Source: Holophagales bacterium
Lineage (GTDB): Bacteria; Acidobacteriota; Thermoanaerobaculia; Multivoradales; Multivoraceae
Assembly (NCBI GenBank): GCA_009845425.1
Contig: VXZQ01000004.1
Coordinates: forward strand, 140,585 to 204,584
DNA length: 64,000 bases
Direction of reading: 5' to 3'
The translations under genes were made by a program, and so were the position numbers. Under the pieces are notes generated by a model, which made no database searches, was not told where the DNA came from, and saw nothing but the letters and a program-made list of their open reading frames with translations. Shown here piece after piece: positions 55,698 to 64,000 of this stretch; positions within the stretch are counted from its first letter, which is position 1, and each line of letters begins with the position of its first letter.

Positions 55698-56627
55698 TCA
55701 GCGCGAGGCGCCGCCGGCCGCCGGCCGGCCAGCGTCCAGATCGGCGTGCAGGGCGCCGACGAGCGCGGCCACTTCGGGGCGGGTCAGTTTCGACCCCGGG
55801 CCCTGCTCCTCGACTCGGGCAAGGGTGGCCCAGGCGAGGCGAACAGGAAGCGCGGTGAACCCCAGGTAGCCGCGAGGCGCGCCGGCTTGCTGCAGGTGGG
55901 CCACGTACTCTCCGGCCACTTCAAGGTCCGCGCGGGCCAGCTCGAACGCGAGCGTCCGGTCGCGGCCGTCCCGAATGAACGACCTGCCCTCATCCTCGTC
56001 GGTCGCCGCATCCTTGAGGATGTTCACGAGCTGCAACGCCTCGCCGAACGCCGCCGCGCGCCGCCGGAGCGCTTCCGCCACCTGTTCCAGCGGCGCGCCA
56101 AGCAGGAACAGCTCGGTCAGCATCTCGCCGACGATTCCGGCAACGACGTAGCAGTAGTCCCGAAGCTCGGGGATGCCCTTGAGGCGGAGCTCGCCGTCCC
56201 GGTCGGCGCGCCTGACGATGTGCGCCATGCCCACGCAGGTGCGGCGAACGTGATGACCGACCGCCGACCGGGCCGGCGGATCGAGAGCCCGATACGCCGA
56301 AAGCACCTCATCCGTCGCCTCGAGCAATTCCAGGTAGCCCTCGTGAGGCGAGGGTGGCTCGGCGAGCCAGGACGCGACCAGATCTCCCGTCGCGGCGCCT
56401 GCCGTGTCGTCCGTGTCGTCCAGCAGGTCCGCGAACCGGAACAGCGCCTCGACCCGCTGCTCCCGGCTCCAGACCGCCGCGTCCTCTAGCGTGTCGGCGA
56501 TCCGCAGCAACAGGTAGCCCAGGGTCACCTGATCCCGCGTCGCGCCCTCGAGTTGGGGAATCGAAAGCGCGAACGTTCTGCTCGTCTTGACCAGAAGATC
56601 TTCGAGGTCTGCCATCAGCGAGCGCAC
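55698..56627 (-). CDS. Squalene synthase / phytoene synthase family (head-to-head prenyl diphosphate synthase).
   Basis: SRTFALSIPQL, a first Asp-rich motif RIADTLED, YCYVVAGIVGEML, and a second motif NILKDAATDEDEGRSF. Confidence 0.8.
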   Translation of the reverse strand: MRSLMADLEDLLVKTSRTFALSIPQLEGATRDQVTLGYLLLRIADTLEDAAVWSREQRVEALFRFADLLDDTDDTAGAATGDLVASWLAEPPSPHEGYLELLEATDEVLSAYRALDPPARSAVGHHVRRTCVGMAHIVRRADRDGELRLKGIPELRDYCYVVAGIVGEMLTELFLLGAPLEQVAEALRRRAAAFGEALQLVNILKDAATDEDEGRSFIRDGRDRTLAFELARADLEVAGEYVAHLQQAGAPRGYLGFTALPVRLAWATLARVEEQGPGSKLTRPEVAALVGALHADLDAGRPAAGGASR

Positions 56628-56719
56628 GAGTCTACCGGTGCCGGGAGCGAGGTGCCCTGCCGGTTGTGCGTGGTATCGTGCCGCCTGTTCCTGCCAGCGG
56701 AGCCACGCCCGAGCGCCTC

Positions 56720-58246
56720 ATGAACTCCAATGCGATTGCCCCGCTCTCGCTAGTACCCGCTGTATTCCTGTACCTCGGCTGCTCCCTGGCGCCGGCGCCG
56801 GAACTGCCCGATCCGGCGCCGGAGATACCGGCAAGCTTCGAGGAAACTCCCGCAGCCGTCGCCGCCGACGCCCATGAGCCGTTGCAGTGGTGGAAGGCGT
56901 TTGCCGATCCGGCGCTCGACCGAATCATCGACTCGGTGCTCGATTCGAATCTGGACATGGCCGCCGCGGTCGCCCGCGTGGAGCAGGCCAGGGAACGAGC
57001 GCGGATCGCCAGGGCCGCGATCCGGCCGGTCGTCCAGGGCGGCGCGGGGATCAACGACCTGACGAACCCCACCAACACGGGCTTCGGCGCCCAGATTCAG
57101 GAACTCGGACTGGAACGGCTCGCCCCCGGTTTCACCCTGCCGGAACGGCTCGCGATCACGACCTGGTCCCTGAGCGCCGACTTCTCCTACGAGATGGACT
57201 TCTGGGGACGCGCCAGCAGCTCCGCCCTCGCCGCCGGCGCCGAGTACCTCGCCTCGGAGTCCGACTACCAGACCGCGAGAATCGGAGTCCTCGCCGAGAC
57301 GATCGGCGCCTACTTCGAGATCGTCGACCTTCGGCGGCGAATCGCGATCAACCGAAAGATGGTCGAAGTCCTCCAGGAGCGCGAGGACGTCGCCTCCACC
57401 CGCTACGACCGAGGTCTCGCCGATTCCTCGGTCCTCTACGGCATCCGCCAGGAGTTGCGGAACACGCAGGCCATCCAGCCCCAGCTCGAGAACGGGCTGG
57501 CGAACGCGGAGGGGCGTCTCGCCGTCCTCCTGGGCGGCTACCGGGACAATCTGGCCGAACTGCTGCCCGAAGTGCCGGCGCCAGAAACCACGGCCGATCC
57601 CGTTCCGCCGGGGATCCCGGCCGACCTGCTCATGCAGCGGCCGGACGTCAGGGCGGCGAGGCACCGGCTCGAAGCGGCTGGCTTCCAGGTCGACGCCCGG
57701 CGCGCCGAGCTCCTTCCGACCCTCTCGTTCTCCGGCTCGATCGGGCTCCAGAGTTCCAAGGTCGACAGCCTGTTCAAGGTGGACCAGTGGTTCACCAACC
57801 TGGCATCCAACCTGCTCGCGCCGGTCCTTCAAGGCGGGCGGCTGCGCAGCAACGTGGCGCTGGCGGAGGCCCGGTTCGGGGAGTTCGCGGCGACCTACGG
57901 CCGCACCGTCGTGACCGCTGTCAACGAGGTCGAAACGGCCCTGGCCGTGCACGGGAACGAGGGCCGGCGCCATGCCCTGCTCGCCTCGCGCCTGGAAGAG
58001 GCCCGAGCGACGGAGAGGCTCCGCTCCCAGAGATACGAGGCGGGCATCGGGGGCTACGCCGACTTCCTCGACGCGCTGCTGACCCGCCTGAACGTCGAGT
58101 CCGCCCTGGCCGGCGCTGAGCGCGACCTCGCGCTCTCCCGGCTGACCGTCCACCGCGCCCTGGGCGGCGCCTGGACGCCCACGGACTCGGCAGGCGAAGC
58201 GCAGGCGGCCCAGGCGCCGCCACAACCGGCGCCACAAACGGAGTAG
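56720..58246 (+). CDS. Efflux outer-membrane factor lipoprotein (NodT/TolC family).
   Basis: Lipobox FLYLGCS, plus QWWKAFADPALDRIIDSVLDSNLDMAAAVARVEQAR and repeated coiled-coil halves. The ATG at 56720 is chosen within the track ORF that starts at 56666. Confidence 0.85.
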   Translation: MNSNAIAPLSLVPAVFLYLGCSLAPAPELPDPAPEIPASFEETPAAVAADAHEPLQWWKAFADPALDRIIDSVLDSNLDMAAAVARVEQARERARIARAAIRPVVQGGAGINDLTNPTNTGFGAQIQELGLERLAPGFTLPERLAITTWSLSADFSYEMDFWGRASSSALAAGAEYLASESDYQTARIGVLAETIGAYFEIVDLRRRIAINRKMVEVLQEREDVASTRYDRGLADSSVLYGIRQELRNTQAIQPQLENGLANAEGRLAVLLGGYRDNLAELLPEVPAPETTADPVPPGIPADLLMQRPDVRAARHRLEAAGFQVDARRAELLPTLSFSGSIGLQSSKVDSLFKVDQWFTNLASNLLAPVLQGGRLRSNVALAEARFGEFAATYGRTVVTAVNEVETALAVHGNEGRRHALLASRLEEARATERLRSQRYEAGIGGYADFLDALLTRLNVESALAGAERDLALSRLTVHRALGGAWTPTDSAGEAQAAQAPPQPAPQTE

Positions 58247-58255
58247 GACCGGCAG

Positions 58256-59452
58256 ATGAGTCGACTAACCGGCTTTCTCGTTGGCGGCGCGATACTGGTC
58301 GGGGCCACGGGTCTTGCCGTGTTCATGGTCTCCCAGCGGCCCGAACCGGAACGCGTACCGCCGCCCTCGCAGATCCCCTTCGCGATCACCGCCGCGGCGC
58401 AGGCCGGCGAGGGCGCGATCCCCGTGTTCGGGGCCGGGACGGTGCGGCCACGGGCAGAGATCGACATCGCCGCCGAGGTAAGCGGCAAGGTGGTCTGGGT
58501 CGACCCGGCGTTTCAGAGTGGCGGACGGGTGCGCGAGGGACAGGTGCTCTTCCGTATCGACGACGCTGACTACCGGCGCTACGTGGAGAAGGCGCGAGCG
58601 AACGTCGCGCTCCAGAGGGTCGAGGTGCTCAAGGTCAAGGAAGAAGCGCAGGTCGCGCGAAAGCAGTACGAGCAGTTCAAGGAGCGCCAGGCGGAAAGCG
58701 GAGCGGCTTCCGAAGCGAGTCCGCTCGCGCTCTGGCAGCCTCAACTCGAGGCCGCCGAAGCCGCCCTGGCCAGGGAACACGCCACGCTTGGCGAGACCGC
58801 CCTGAACCTCGCGCGAACGGCGGTCAAGGCGCCCTTCTCCGGCGTCGTGCGGACCGAGTCGGTCGACGTGGGCCAGTTCGTGGCCGCGGGCCGGGGAGTG
58901 GCGCGGCTCTATGCGTCCGACGCCGTCGAAGTCGTCGTCCCGCTCTCCGACCGGGAAGCGGCGCTCGTTCCCGGCCTGTGGGATCTGCGGGCCGGCGACG
59001 GCAACCGGGACGTGGCGGTTCAAGTCGTGGCGGACTACGGTGGCCGGCGCTACGACTGGGACGGTTACGTGGACCGCGTCGAAGGCGCGCTGGACGAGCA
59101 GACTCGCACCCTCGACGTGATCGTGCGGGTTCCGGAGCCCTACGGCAGCGGCGCGGCCCCGGACGCCGGCGAACCGCCGCTGCTGGTCGGCAAGTTCGTC
59201 GACGTGGAACTCGAGGGCATCGCGCCGGACGCCTGGTTCAGGATCAGGCGACCGGCCCTCAGACCCGGCAACGAAGTCTGGGTAGTGCGCGACGACAGGG
59301 TGACGATTCTGCCGGTCACGGTCCTGCAGCGTGCCGACGACGAGGTGTACGTCACCGGCGCTCTCCAGCCGGGCGATGCCGCCATCGTCGGCGGGATCCA
59401 GGTCGGCACCGACGGGATGGAGGTCCGAACGGCAAGCGCGCAGCCGGAGTGA
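58256..59452 (+). CDS. Efflux periplasmic adaptor (membrane fusion protein), paralog 1.
   Basis: N-terminal TM anchor, lipoyl-type block AEVSGKVVWVDPAFQSGGRVREGQVLFRIDDADY, an alpha-hairpin, and VKAPFSGVV. Confidence 0.85.
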   Translation: MSRLTGFLVGGAILVGATGLAVFMVSQRPEPERVPPPSQIPFAITAAAQAGEGAIPVFGAGTVRPRAEIDIAAEVSGKVVWVDPAFQSGGRVREGQVLFRIDDADYRRYVEKARANVALQRVEVLKVKEEAQVARKQYEQFKERQAESGAASEASPLALWQPQLEAAEAALAREHATLGETALNLARTAVKAPFSGVVRTESVDVGQFVAAGRGVARLYASDAVEVVVPLSDREAALVPGLWDLRAGDGNRDVAVQVVADYGGRRYDWDGYVDRVEGALDEQTRTLDVIVRVPEPYGSGAAPDAGEPPLLVGKFVDVELEGIAPDAWFRIRRPALRPGNEVWVVRDDRVTILPVTVLQRADDEVYVTGALQPGDAAIVGGIQVGTDGMEVRTASAQPE

Positions 59453-59469
59453 CGACCAGGCGCCGGGCC

Positions 59470-61002
59470 ATGCGGTACCTGGCGATCGAGTGCGTGCTGC
59501 TGGTTTCGCTACCCCTCGTCGGCTGCGGCGACGCCCAGTCCGGCGAGGATGGCGAGGGCTGGGTCCTCGTCTGGTCAGACGAGTTCGACGGCACGGCCCT
59601 GGACGCTTCCAGGTGGAACATCCAGACAGGCGACGGCACGGCCGAAGGCATACCCGGCTGGGGCAACAACGAGCTGCAGAGCTACCGGGCCGCCAACATC
59701 TCCGTGTCGGACGGCGTCCTGGTCATCACGGCCCGCGAGGAGGACGCCGGAGACGGTCATGCGTACACCTCCGGGCGCATCAACACCGCCGGCAAGCTGG
59801 ACAAGACCTATGGCCGCTTCGAGGCGCGAATCCAGGCCCCCGGCGGCCAGGGCCTCTGGTCCGCCTTCTGGATGCTGCCCACCGACTCCGCGTACGGCGG
59901 CTGGGCCGCCGGCGGCGAGATCGACATCCTGGAGGTGTTCTCCCGCGATCCGGGCCCCTTCGCCCAAGGCGCGCTGCACTACGGGATGGCGTCGCCGCTC
60001 AACACCGTCGACTACGCGAGGTACTCGGAGGTCGATCCCTCGGACGGCTTCCACGTCTACGCCGTCGAATGGGACGAGGAGGAGATCCGCTGGTTCGTGG
60101 ATGGCGTTCACTTCCACACGGTCCGGCGAAACGGGTACTGGAACTACTACAGGGACGCCGCGACGAACGCCCACGTCTCCGGCGGTGTTTCGGCGCCCTT
60201 CGACCGCCCGTTCCACCTGCTGTTGAACCTCGCGGTCGGCGGCAATCTGCCCGGCGAGCCCGTGGCCGGCGCGCTGCCGGGCGAACTCAGGGTCGACTAC
60301 GTGCGCGTGTACCGATGCGGCATCAACGCCTCGACCGGCGTCGGATGCGCCGGCCTGGCTGACCGAATCTCCGCCGCGGTCACGCCACCGGCGCCGGCCG
60401 ACGTCTACCGGGCCGTCCACGATCTCTACGTGGATGCCGCAGGGCCGCTCCGCTTCGCGGGCGGGGAGGACGGCGTAACGCTCGACCTCGCCGTCGACGA
60501 CGCGGATGGAGCGCTTGCCGTCGCGGAAGTCGTGCACGCCGACCGCGGGACGGTAATCGATGTCGCCACCTCCGGGGGCGGCAGCTTCTCGATCCGCCCG
60601 GCCGGCGAAAAGCGGCTGACCCTCTTCGGCATGGGCGGCGCCCCCGAATCCGGTGACTTCGCCGGCGAGCTGCAGTTCGACCTGTACGTGTCCGCCGACG
60701 GCACGGATGCGGCGGGAAGCCTGAAGATCAAGCTCGACAGCGGCTCCCTCGACGCCGGCGCCGTCGACCTGCCGCTGGCGACACTGAAGCACGAAGAGTG
60801 GACGACGGTCACGGTCCAGATGGCCGACATCGTCCGGAACCCCGCCCGGCCCGGTGGACGCCCCGTCGACCTCGGCCGGGTGCGGAGCCTGTTCGCGCTC
60901 GAACCGGCGAGCTTCGCGCGCCTCCAGGTGGATAACATCCGTCTGATCTGCGGCCACGTCGTGCAGGGCGGCTGCGGAATAGGGCAAGATCCCCAGAGAT
61001 GA
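59470..61002 (+). CDS. Glycoside hydrolase family 16 lipoprotein (beta-glucanase/laminarinase-like) with a C-terminal beta-sandwich-like domain.
   Basis: Lipobox LPLVGCG, plus WSDEFDG and the catalytic GGEIDILEV (ExDxxE). The ATG at 59470 is chosen; the upstream part of the track ORF overlaps the adaptor gene. Confidence 0.85.
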   Translation: MRYLAIECVLLVSLPLVGCGDAQSGEDGEGWVLVWSDEFDGTALDASRWNIQTGDGTAEGIPGWGNNELQSYRAANISVSDGVLVITAREEDAGDGHAYTSGRINTAGKLDKTYGRFEARIQAPGGQGLWSAFWMLPTDSAYGGWAAGGEIDILEVFSRDPGPFAQGALHYGMASPLNTVDYARYSEVDPSDGFHVYAVEWDEEEIRWFVDGVHFHTVRRNGYWNYYRDAATNAHVSGGVSAPFDRPFHLLLNLAVGGNLPGEPVAGALPGELRVDYVRVYRCGINASTGVGCAGLADRISAAVTPPAPADVYRAVHDLYVDAAGPLRFAGGEDGVTLDLAVDDADGALAVAEVVHADRGTVIDVATSGGGSFSIRPAGEKRLTLFGMGGAPESGDFAGELQFDLYVSADGTDAAGSLKIKLDSGSLDAGAVDLPLATLKHEEWTTVTVQMADIVRNPARPGGRPVDLGRVRSLFALEPASFARLQVDNIRLICGHVVQGGCGIGQDPQR

Positions 61003-62207
61003 GTCAACGAACCGGCTGGGCCATCGGCGGCCTGATCCTGATCGGAGCCCTCGTCGTCGCGGCCTCGATGGTCCTGTTGAGGCCCGAGCCGGCCTCCAGG
61101 CCTCCCCCTTCCCTCCTCCCCTTCGCGCTGACCGCACCGGTGGAAGCGGGCGAAGGCGCCATCCCGGTCCACGCCGCCGGCACGGTGCAAGCGCGGGCGG
61201 AAGTCGACGTCACCGCGGAGGTCAGCGGCAAGGTCGTGTGGGTCGATCCGGCCTTCGAGAGCAGCGGACGCGTCCGAGAGGGACAACCGCTGTTCCGCAT
61301 CGACGATGCGGACTATCGGGGCCGGGTGCAACAGGGACGGGCCAACGTCGCGTTGCAGCAGGTCGAGCTGTTGAGGGTGGAAGAGGAGGCGGCCGTGGCG
61401 CGCTCCCAGTACGAGCGGTTCAGGGAACGTCGGGGCAGCGAAGCGAACTCCGACGCACCGAGTCCCCTGGCTCTCTGGGAGCCCCAGCTTCAGGCGGCCC
61501 GAAGCGCGCTCGAGCGGGACGGAGCCGCCCTCAGGGAAGCGGTGCTGCACCTGAAACGCACCGAGATCCGAGCCCCGTTCCACGGCATCGTGCGGTCGGA
61601 GTCGGTGGACGTCGGGCAGTACGTGGCCGCCGGCCAGAGCGTGGGGCGACTCTACGCCTCGGACTCGGTCGAGGTCGTGGTCCCGCTTTCCGACAACGCC
61701 GCCGCGCTGCTACCCGGTCTCTGGGATCTCCGGGCCGGCGAGGCCGACACGCGGATCGCGGCGCGCGTCATCGCCGAGTACGGCAACGCGAGCTACGCCT
61801 GGGACGGCTACCTGGATCGTGGCGCCGTTACGCTGGACGAACAGACGCGGACAATCGACGTGATGATCCGTGTTCCGGAGCCCTTCCTGAACGGCTCGCC
61901 GGTCGACGCCGGCCTCGACCCCGGCACGGCGCCGCCTCTGCTGGTCGGCAAGTTCGTGGACGTGGAACTCCAGGGTCTCGCCCCGGAGCGGTACTTCAAG
62001 GTGCCGGACTCGGCGCTCCAGACCGGCGACGAGGTCTGGGCGGTACGGGACGGCAAGGTGAACATCGTGCCGGTGCAGGTCCTGCAGCGCTCCGGCAACG
62101 TCGTGTACGTCACCGGAGCGCTCGAAGCGGATCAACCGGTCATCACCGGCGGCGTCCGGCTCGCCACCGAGGGCATGGCGGTGCAGACGGCGACAGGAGG
62201 CTCGTGA
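60999..62207 (+). CDS. Efflux periplasmic adaptor (membrane fusion protein), paralog 2.
   Basis: It is collinear with paralog 1 (AEVSGKVVWVDPAFESSGRVREGQPLFRIDDADY, PPLLVGKFVDVELQG). The ATGA overlaps the GH16 stop. Confidence 0.85.
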   Translation: MSQRTGWAIGGLILIGALVVAASMVLLRPEPASRPPPSLLPFALTAPVEAGEGAIPVHAAGTVQARAEVDVTAEVSGKVVWVDPAFESSGRVREGQPLFRIDDADYRGRVQQGRANVALQQVELLRVEEEAAVARSQYERFRERRGSEANSDAPSPLALWEPQLQAARSALERDGAALREAVLHLKRTEIRAPFHGIVRSESVDVGQYVAAGQSVGRLYASDSVEVVVPLSDNAAALLPGLWDLRAGEADTRIAARVIAEYGNASYAWDGYLDRGAVTLDEQTRTIDVMIRVPEPFLNGSPVDAGLDPGTAPPLLVGKFVDVELQGLAPERYFKVPDSALQTGDEVWAVRDGKVNIVPVQVLQRSGNVVYVTGALEADQPVITGGVRLATEGMAVQTATGGS

Positions 62208-62255
62208 GACCTGGCGGGCGAAACCCGCTTCCGGTTCGGCGATAGTCTCTCGCCC

Positions 62256-62510
62256 ATGGACTCTGACGGCGCCTCCGAGATCCTCGCCCGGTTGCGGGAC
62301 GTGCTGCGCGAAAGCGCAGTCGAGGAGCATGACTGGGACGCGGTGGTCGCGGAGACGCCGATCGAGTCGCTCGGCTTCGATTCCCTGACCATCCTGGATG
62401 TGCTCTACGACGTGGAGGAGGAGTTCGGGATCGCGCTCGATCCGAAGCAGGTCGTGAAGACCCGCACGATCGGCGAGATCATCGCGCTGCTGCAGCAGAA
62501 CGGAGCCTGA
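62256..62510 (+). CDS. Acyl carrier protein.
   Basis: 84 aa, acidic, with the phosphopantetheine site LGFDSLTILD. Confidence 0.8.
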   Translation: MDSDGASEILARLRDVLRESAVEEHDWDAVVAETPIESLGFDSLTILDVLYDVEEEFGIALDPKQVVKTRTIGEIIALLQQNGA

Positions 62511-62528
62511 GCGCAGCCTCCTGGCCCG

Positions 62529-63386
62529 GTGCTCCACCTTCTCGAATACTGGGCGGCCCGGCTGGCGCTGTTCGGCGTCGATCTGCTGCCGCCGACCGCC
62601 GCCTCCCGCTGGGCCGCGGCGCTGGGCTCGCTGTGGTGGACGGCCGACCGGCCGCGGCGTCGCGTAGCAATCTCGAACGTCCTGCGCGCGGGCGTGGCCG
62701 GCAACGCGCGGCAGGCGCGGGCAATCGGCCGCGGCGCTGCCCGCCACATGGGGATGGTGCTGGTCGAGTCGATGAAGTCGGCGCTCGTGCTCGACGACCC
62801 GGAACGGCTGCGGGTCGACATTCCCGACGATGTGGCGGCGGTGCTGGAGGATCCCGACCGAGGCCTGATCGTCGTCTCCGGTCACTTCGGCAACTGGGAG
62901 ATCGCGGGCCAGTGGCTGTCCCGGTACAAGCCGGTCGCGGGCATCTCCCGGCCGATGAACAACCCGCGGGTACAGAAACTGGCGCTCGAGCGGCGGCAGC
63001 GGCGCGCGTTCCGGATGATCCCGAAGTACGACCCGGATCCGGGGCGCTTCCTCAAGCTGCTGGGCGACGGCGAGATCCTCGCTCTGCTGGTCGATCAGCA
63101 CGCCCGCCAGGGGATCGACGCGCCGTTCTTCGGGCACCCCGCGAAGACCCACACAACGGCCGCAATGCTGCACCTGGTCGCTCGGACGCCGCTCACCTTC
63201 GCGGTCTGCCGCCGGACGGCGCCGATGACCTTCGAGCTGACCCTGTCGCCGCTGATCGAGCAGCAGAGGAGCGGCGACCGGAACGCGGACGTCGAGGCGA
63301 TCGTCCGGACCCTGAACTCACTTCTGGAGGAAGCGATCCGCCGCGACCCGGAACAGTACCTTTGGGGCCACCGTCGCTGGCGCTAG
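62529..63386 (+). CDS. Lipid A biosynthesis lauroyl/myristoyl-type acyltransferase family (LpxL/HtrB-like lysophospholipid acyltransferase).
   Basis: The catalytic block is VVSGHFGNWEI, followed by ALLVDQHA...FFGHPAKTHTTAAMLH and a C-terminal PEQYLWGHRRW. Confidence 0.8.
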   Translation: MLHLLEYWAARLALFGVDLLPPTAASRWAAALGSLWWTADRPRRRVAISNVLRAGVAGNARQARAIGRGAARHMGMVLVESMKSALVLDDPERLRVDIPDDVAAVLEDPDRGLIVVSGHFGNWEIAGQWLSRYKPVAGISRPMNNPRVQKLALERRQRRAFRMIPKYDPDPGRFLKLLGDGEILALLVDQHARQGIDAPFFGHPAKTHTTAAMLHLVARTPLTFAVCRRTAPMTFELTLSPLIEQQRSGDRNADVEAIVRTLNSLLEEAIRRDPEQYLWGHRRWR

Positions 63387-63856
63387 TTCGGCTCCGGACT
63401 CCGGCGCTGGGCGATGCACTCGATCTCCACCGCGGCGCCCAAGGCCAGGGTCGGCGACTCGATCGTCGCCCGGGCCGGAGGGCTGCCACCCAACACGGCG
63501 ACCCAGGCCACGTTCATCTGCTCGAAGTTGGCCATGTCGGTCAGGTAGACGGTGCACTTCGCCAGGTGGGCCAGGTCTGAGCCGGCCGCTTCGAGGATCG
63601 TCTCGATGTTCCGGAGCGCCTGCGTCGTCTGCGGGCCGATGCCGCCAGGCGCCAGGTCGAAGCTCTGGCCGACCGTGCCGAGCGTGCCGGCGACGAAGAT
63701 CAGGTCGCCGACGCGGGTCGCGTGCGAGAACGCTTCGAGCCGGGGCAGTGCGTCGGTGTTGATGCGGGGCGGCTGGGCGGCGGCCGGCGACAGGGCTGCC
63801 AAACAGGCACCCAAAACGAGTGAGGGAATCGAAGCTCGGGCAGGGAGATGGAGCAT
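63383..63856 (-). CDS. RidA/YjgF-family deaminase with an N-terminal signal peptide.
   Basis: ATRVGDLIFVAGTLG...QTTQALRNIETILEAAG...KCTVYLTDMANF...PARATIE are YjgF family blocks. The N-terminal LVLGACLAALSPAAA suggests export. Confidence 0.8.
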   Translation of the reverse strand: MLHLPARASIPSLVLGACLAALSPAAAQPPRINTDALPRLEAFSHATRVGDLIFVAGTLGTVGQSFDLAPGGIGPQTTQALRNIETILEAAGSDLAHLAKCTVYLTDMANFEQMNVAWVAVLGGSPPARATIESPTLALGAAVEIECIAQRRSPEPN

Positions 63857-63922
63857 GGCGGGCAGTCTAGCGGCGGGTCGATTGGCTGCCGGGACCGGTC
63901 GGTCGGCTAGCCTCGATGGTCT

Positions 63923-64000
63923 ATGGCGCAGCGGTACCGAGGAAGCCGGCTCAGCCTGCTAGTCACTCTTTGGCTTGCGGCGACGCCTGTCCTTCCCGCG
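63923..64000 (+). CDS. Possible 5' end of a secreted protein gene, running off the window.
   Basis: The ATG at 63923 gives MAQRYRGSRLSLLVTLWLAATPVLPA, which looks like a signal peptide. Only 26 codons are visible, so the call is very tentative. Confidence 0.2.
   Translation, partial: MAQRYRGSRLSLLVTLWLAATPVLPA

Noticed and set aside
58978-59469. An upstream extension of the GH16 ORF that overlaps the adaptor gene.
   Set aside because: The extension is Arg/Gly-rich nonsense in an alternative frame of the MFP gene. A lipoprotein signal peptide starts at the ATG at 59470.
63383-63386. Convergent stop codons of the acyltransferase and RidA genes sharing the tetranucleotide CTAG.
   Set aside because: This is a trivial consequence of tight packing, and no functional implication can be supported.
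1-64000. A search for CRISPR arrays, tRNA/rRNA genes, integrases, transposases, reverse transcriptases and phage genes.
   Set aside because: I found no regularly spaced direct repeats, no cloverleaf-like or rRNA-like segments in the few non-coding gaps (all under 330 nt), and no ORF with recombinase or RT motifs. Apart from the REP-like repeats and VapBC, the window shows no mobile-element hallmarks.

Overview
This is a high-GC, densely packed chromosomal segment from a diderm bacterium, as shown by a TonB-dependent receptor, OMF/MFP efflux parts, an LpxL-type acyltransferase, and many lipoboxes and Tat signals. All calls rest on motif and family recognition from the translated ORFs; no database search was run. 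I support about 50 protein genes.

Gene order:
- Alternative complex III, actA-actB1-actB2-actC (1-4535, minus strand).
- GST, then a methylcrotonyl/geranyl-CoA carboxylase cluster with an enoyl-CoA hydratase and an acyl-CoA ligase (4546-11302).
- An MBL hydrolase, a Met-rich secreted protein, an orphan DUF4160 gene and a VapBC module, the last sitting inside a polysaccharide operon (11357-15873).
- A nucleotide-heptose pathway: hddA, a fused hddC-gmhB, an RmlC-like cupin, an SDR and a sugar C-methyltransferase (18207-23273).
- Three flavoprotein amine dehydrogenases/oxidases, two of them Tat-exported (23371-29323).
- A second glycan block: a sulfatase-like enzyme, GT2, a flippase, a GT-C-like protein and a methyltransferase (29426-35793).
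- A decayed squalene-hopene cyclase, translationally coupled to a GPP34(GOLPH3-like)-cytochrome P450 fusion and a sulfotransferase (35982-40569).
- A cobalamin riboswitch with a BtuB-like receptor (40520-42632).
- recC-recB-recD (42776-51506).
- A cytochrome c / copper-monooxygenase-like protein, kynureninase, an MpaB-like oxygenase and a squalene synthase (51660-56627).
- A co-directional run OMF-MFP-GH16-MFP-ACP-acyltransferase with no inner-membrane pump, then RidA (56720-63856).

A roughly 28-44 nt GC-rich hairpin repeat occurs four times. One copy is flanked by a perfect 17-nt direct repeat, and one lies inside the actA signal-peptide coding region.

I recognised no rRNA, tRNA, CRISPR array, integrase or transposase.

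The most unusual items are the GPP34-P450 fusion with its cyclase/sulfotransferase neighbours, and the pump-less efflux-like operon.
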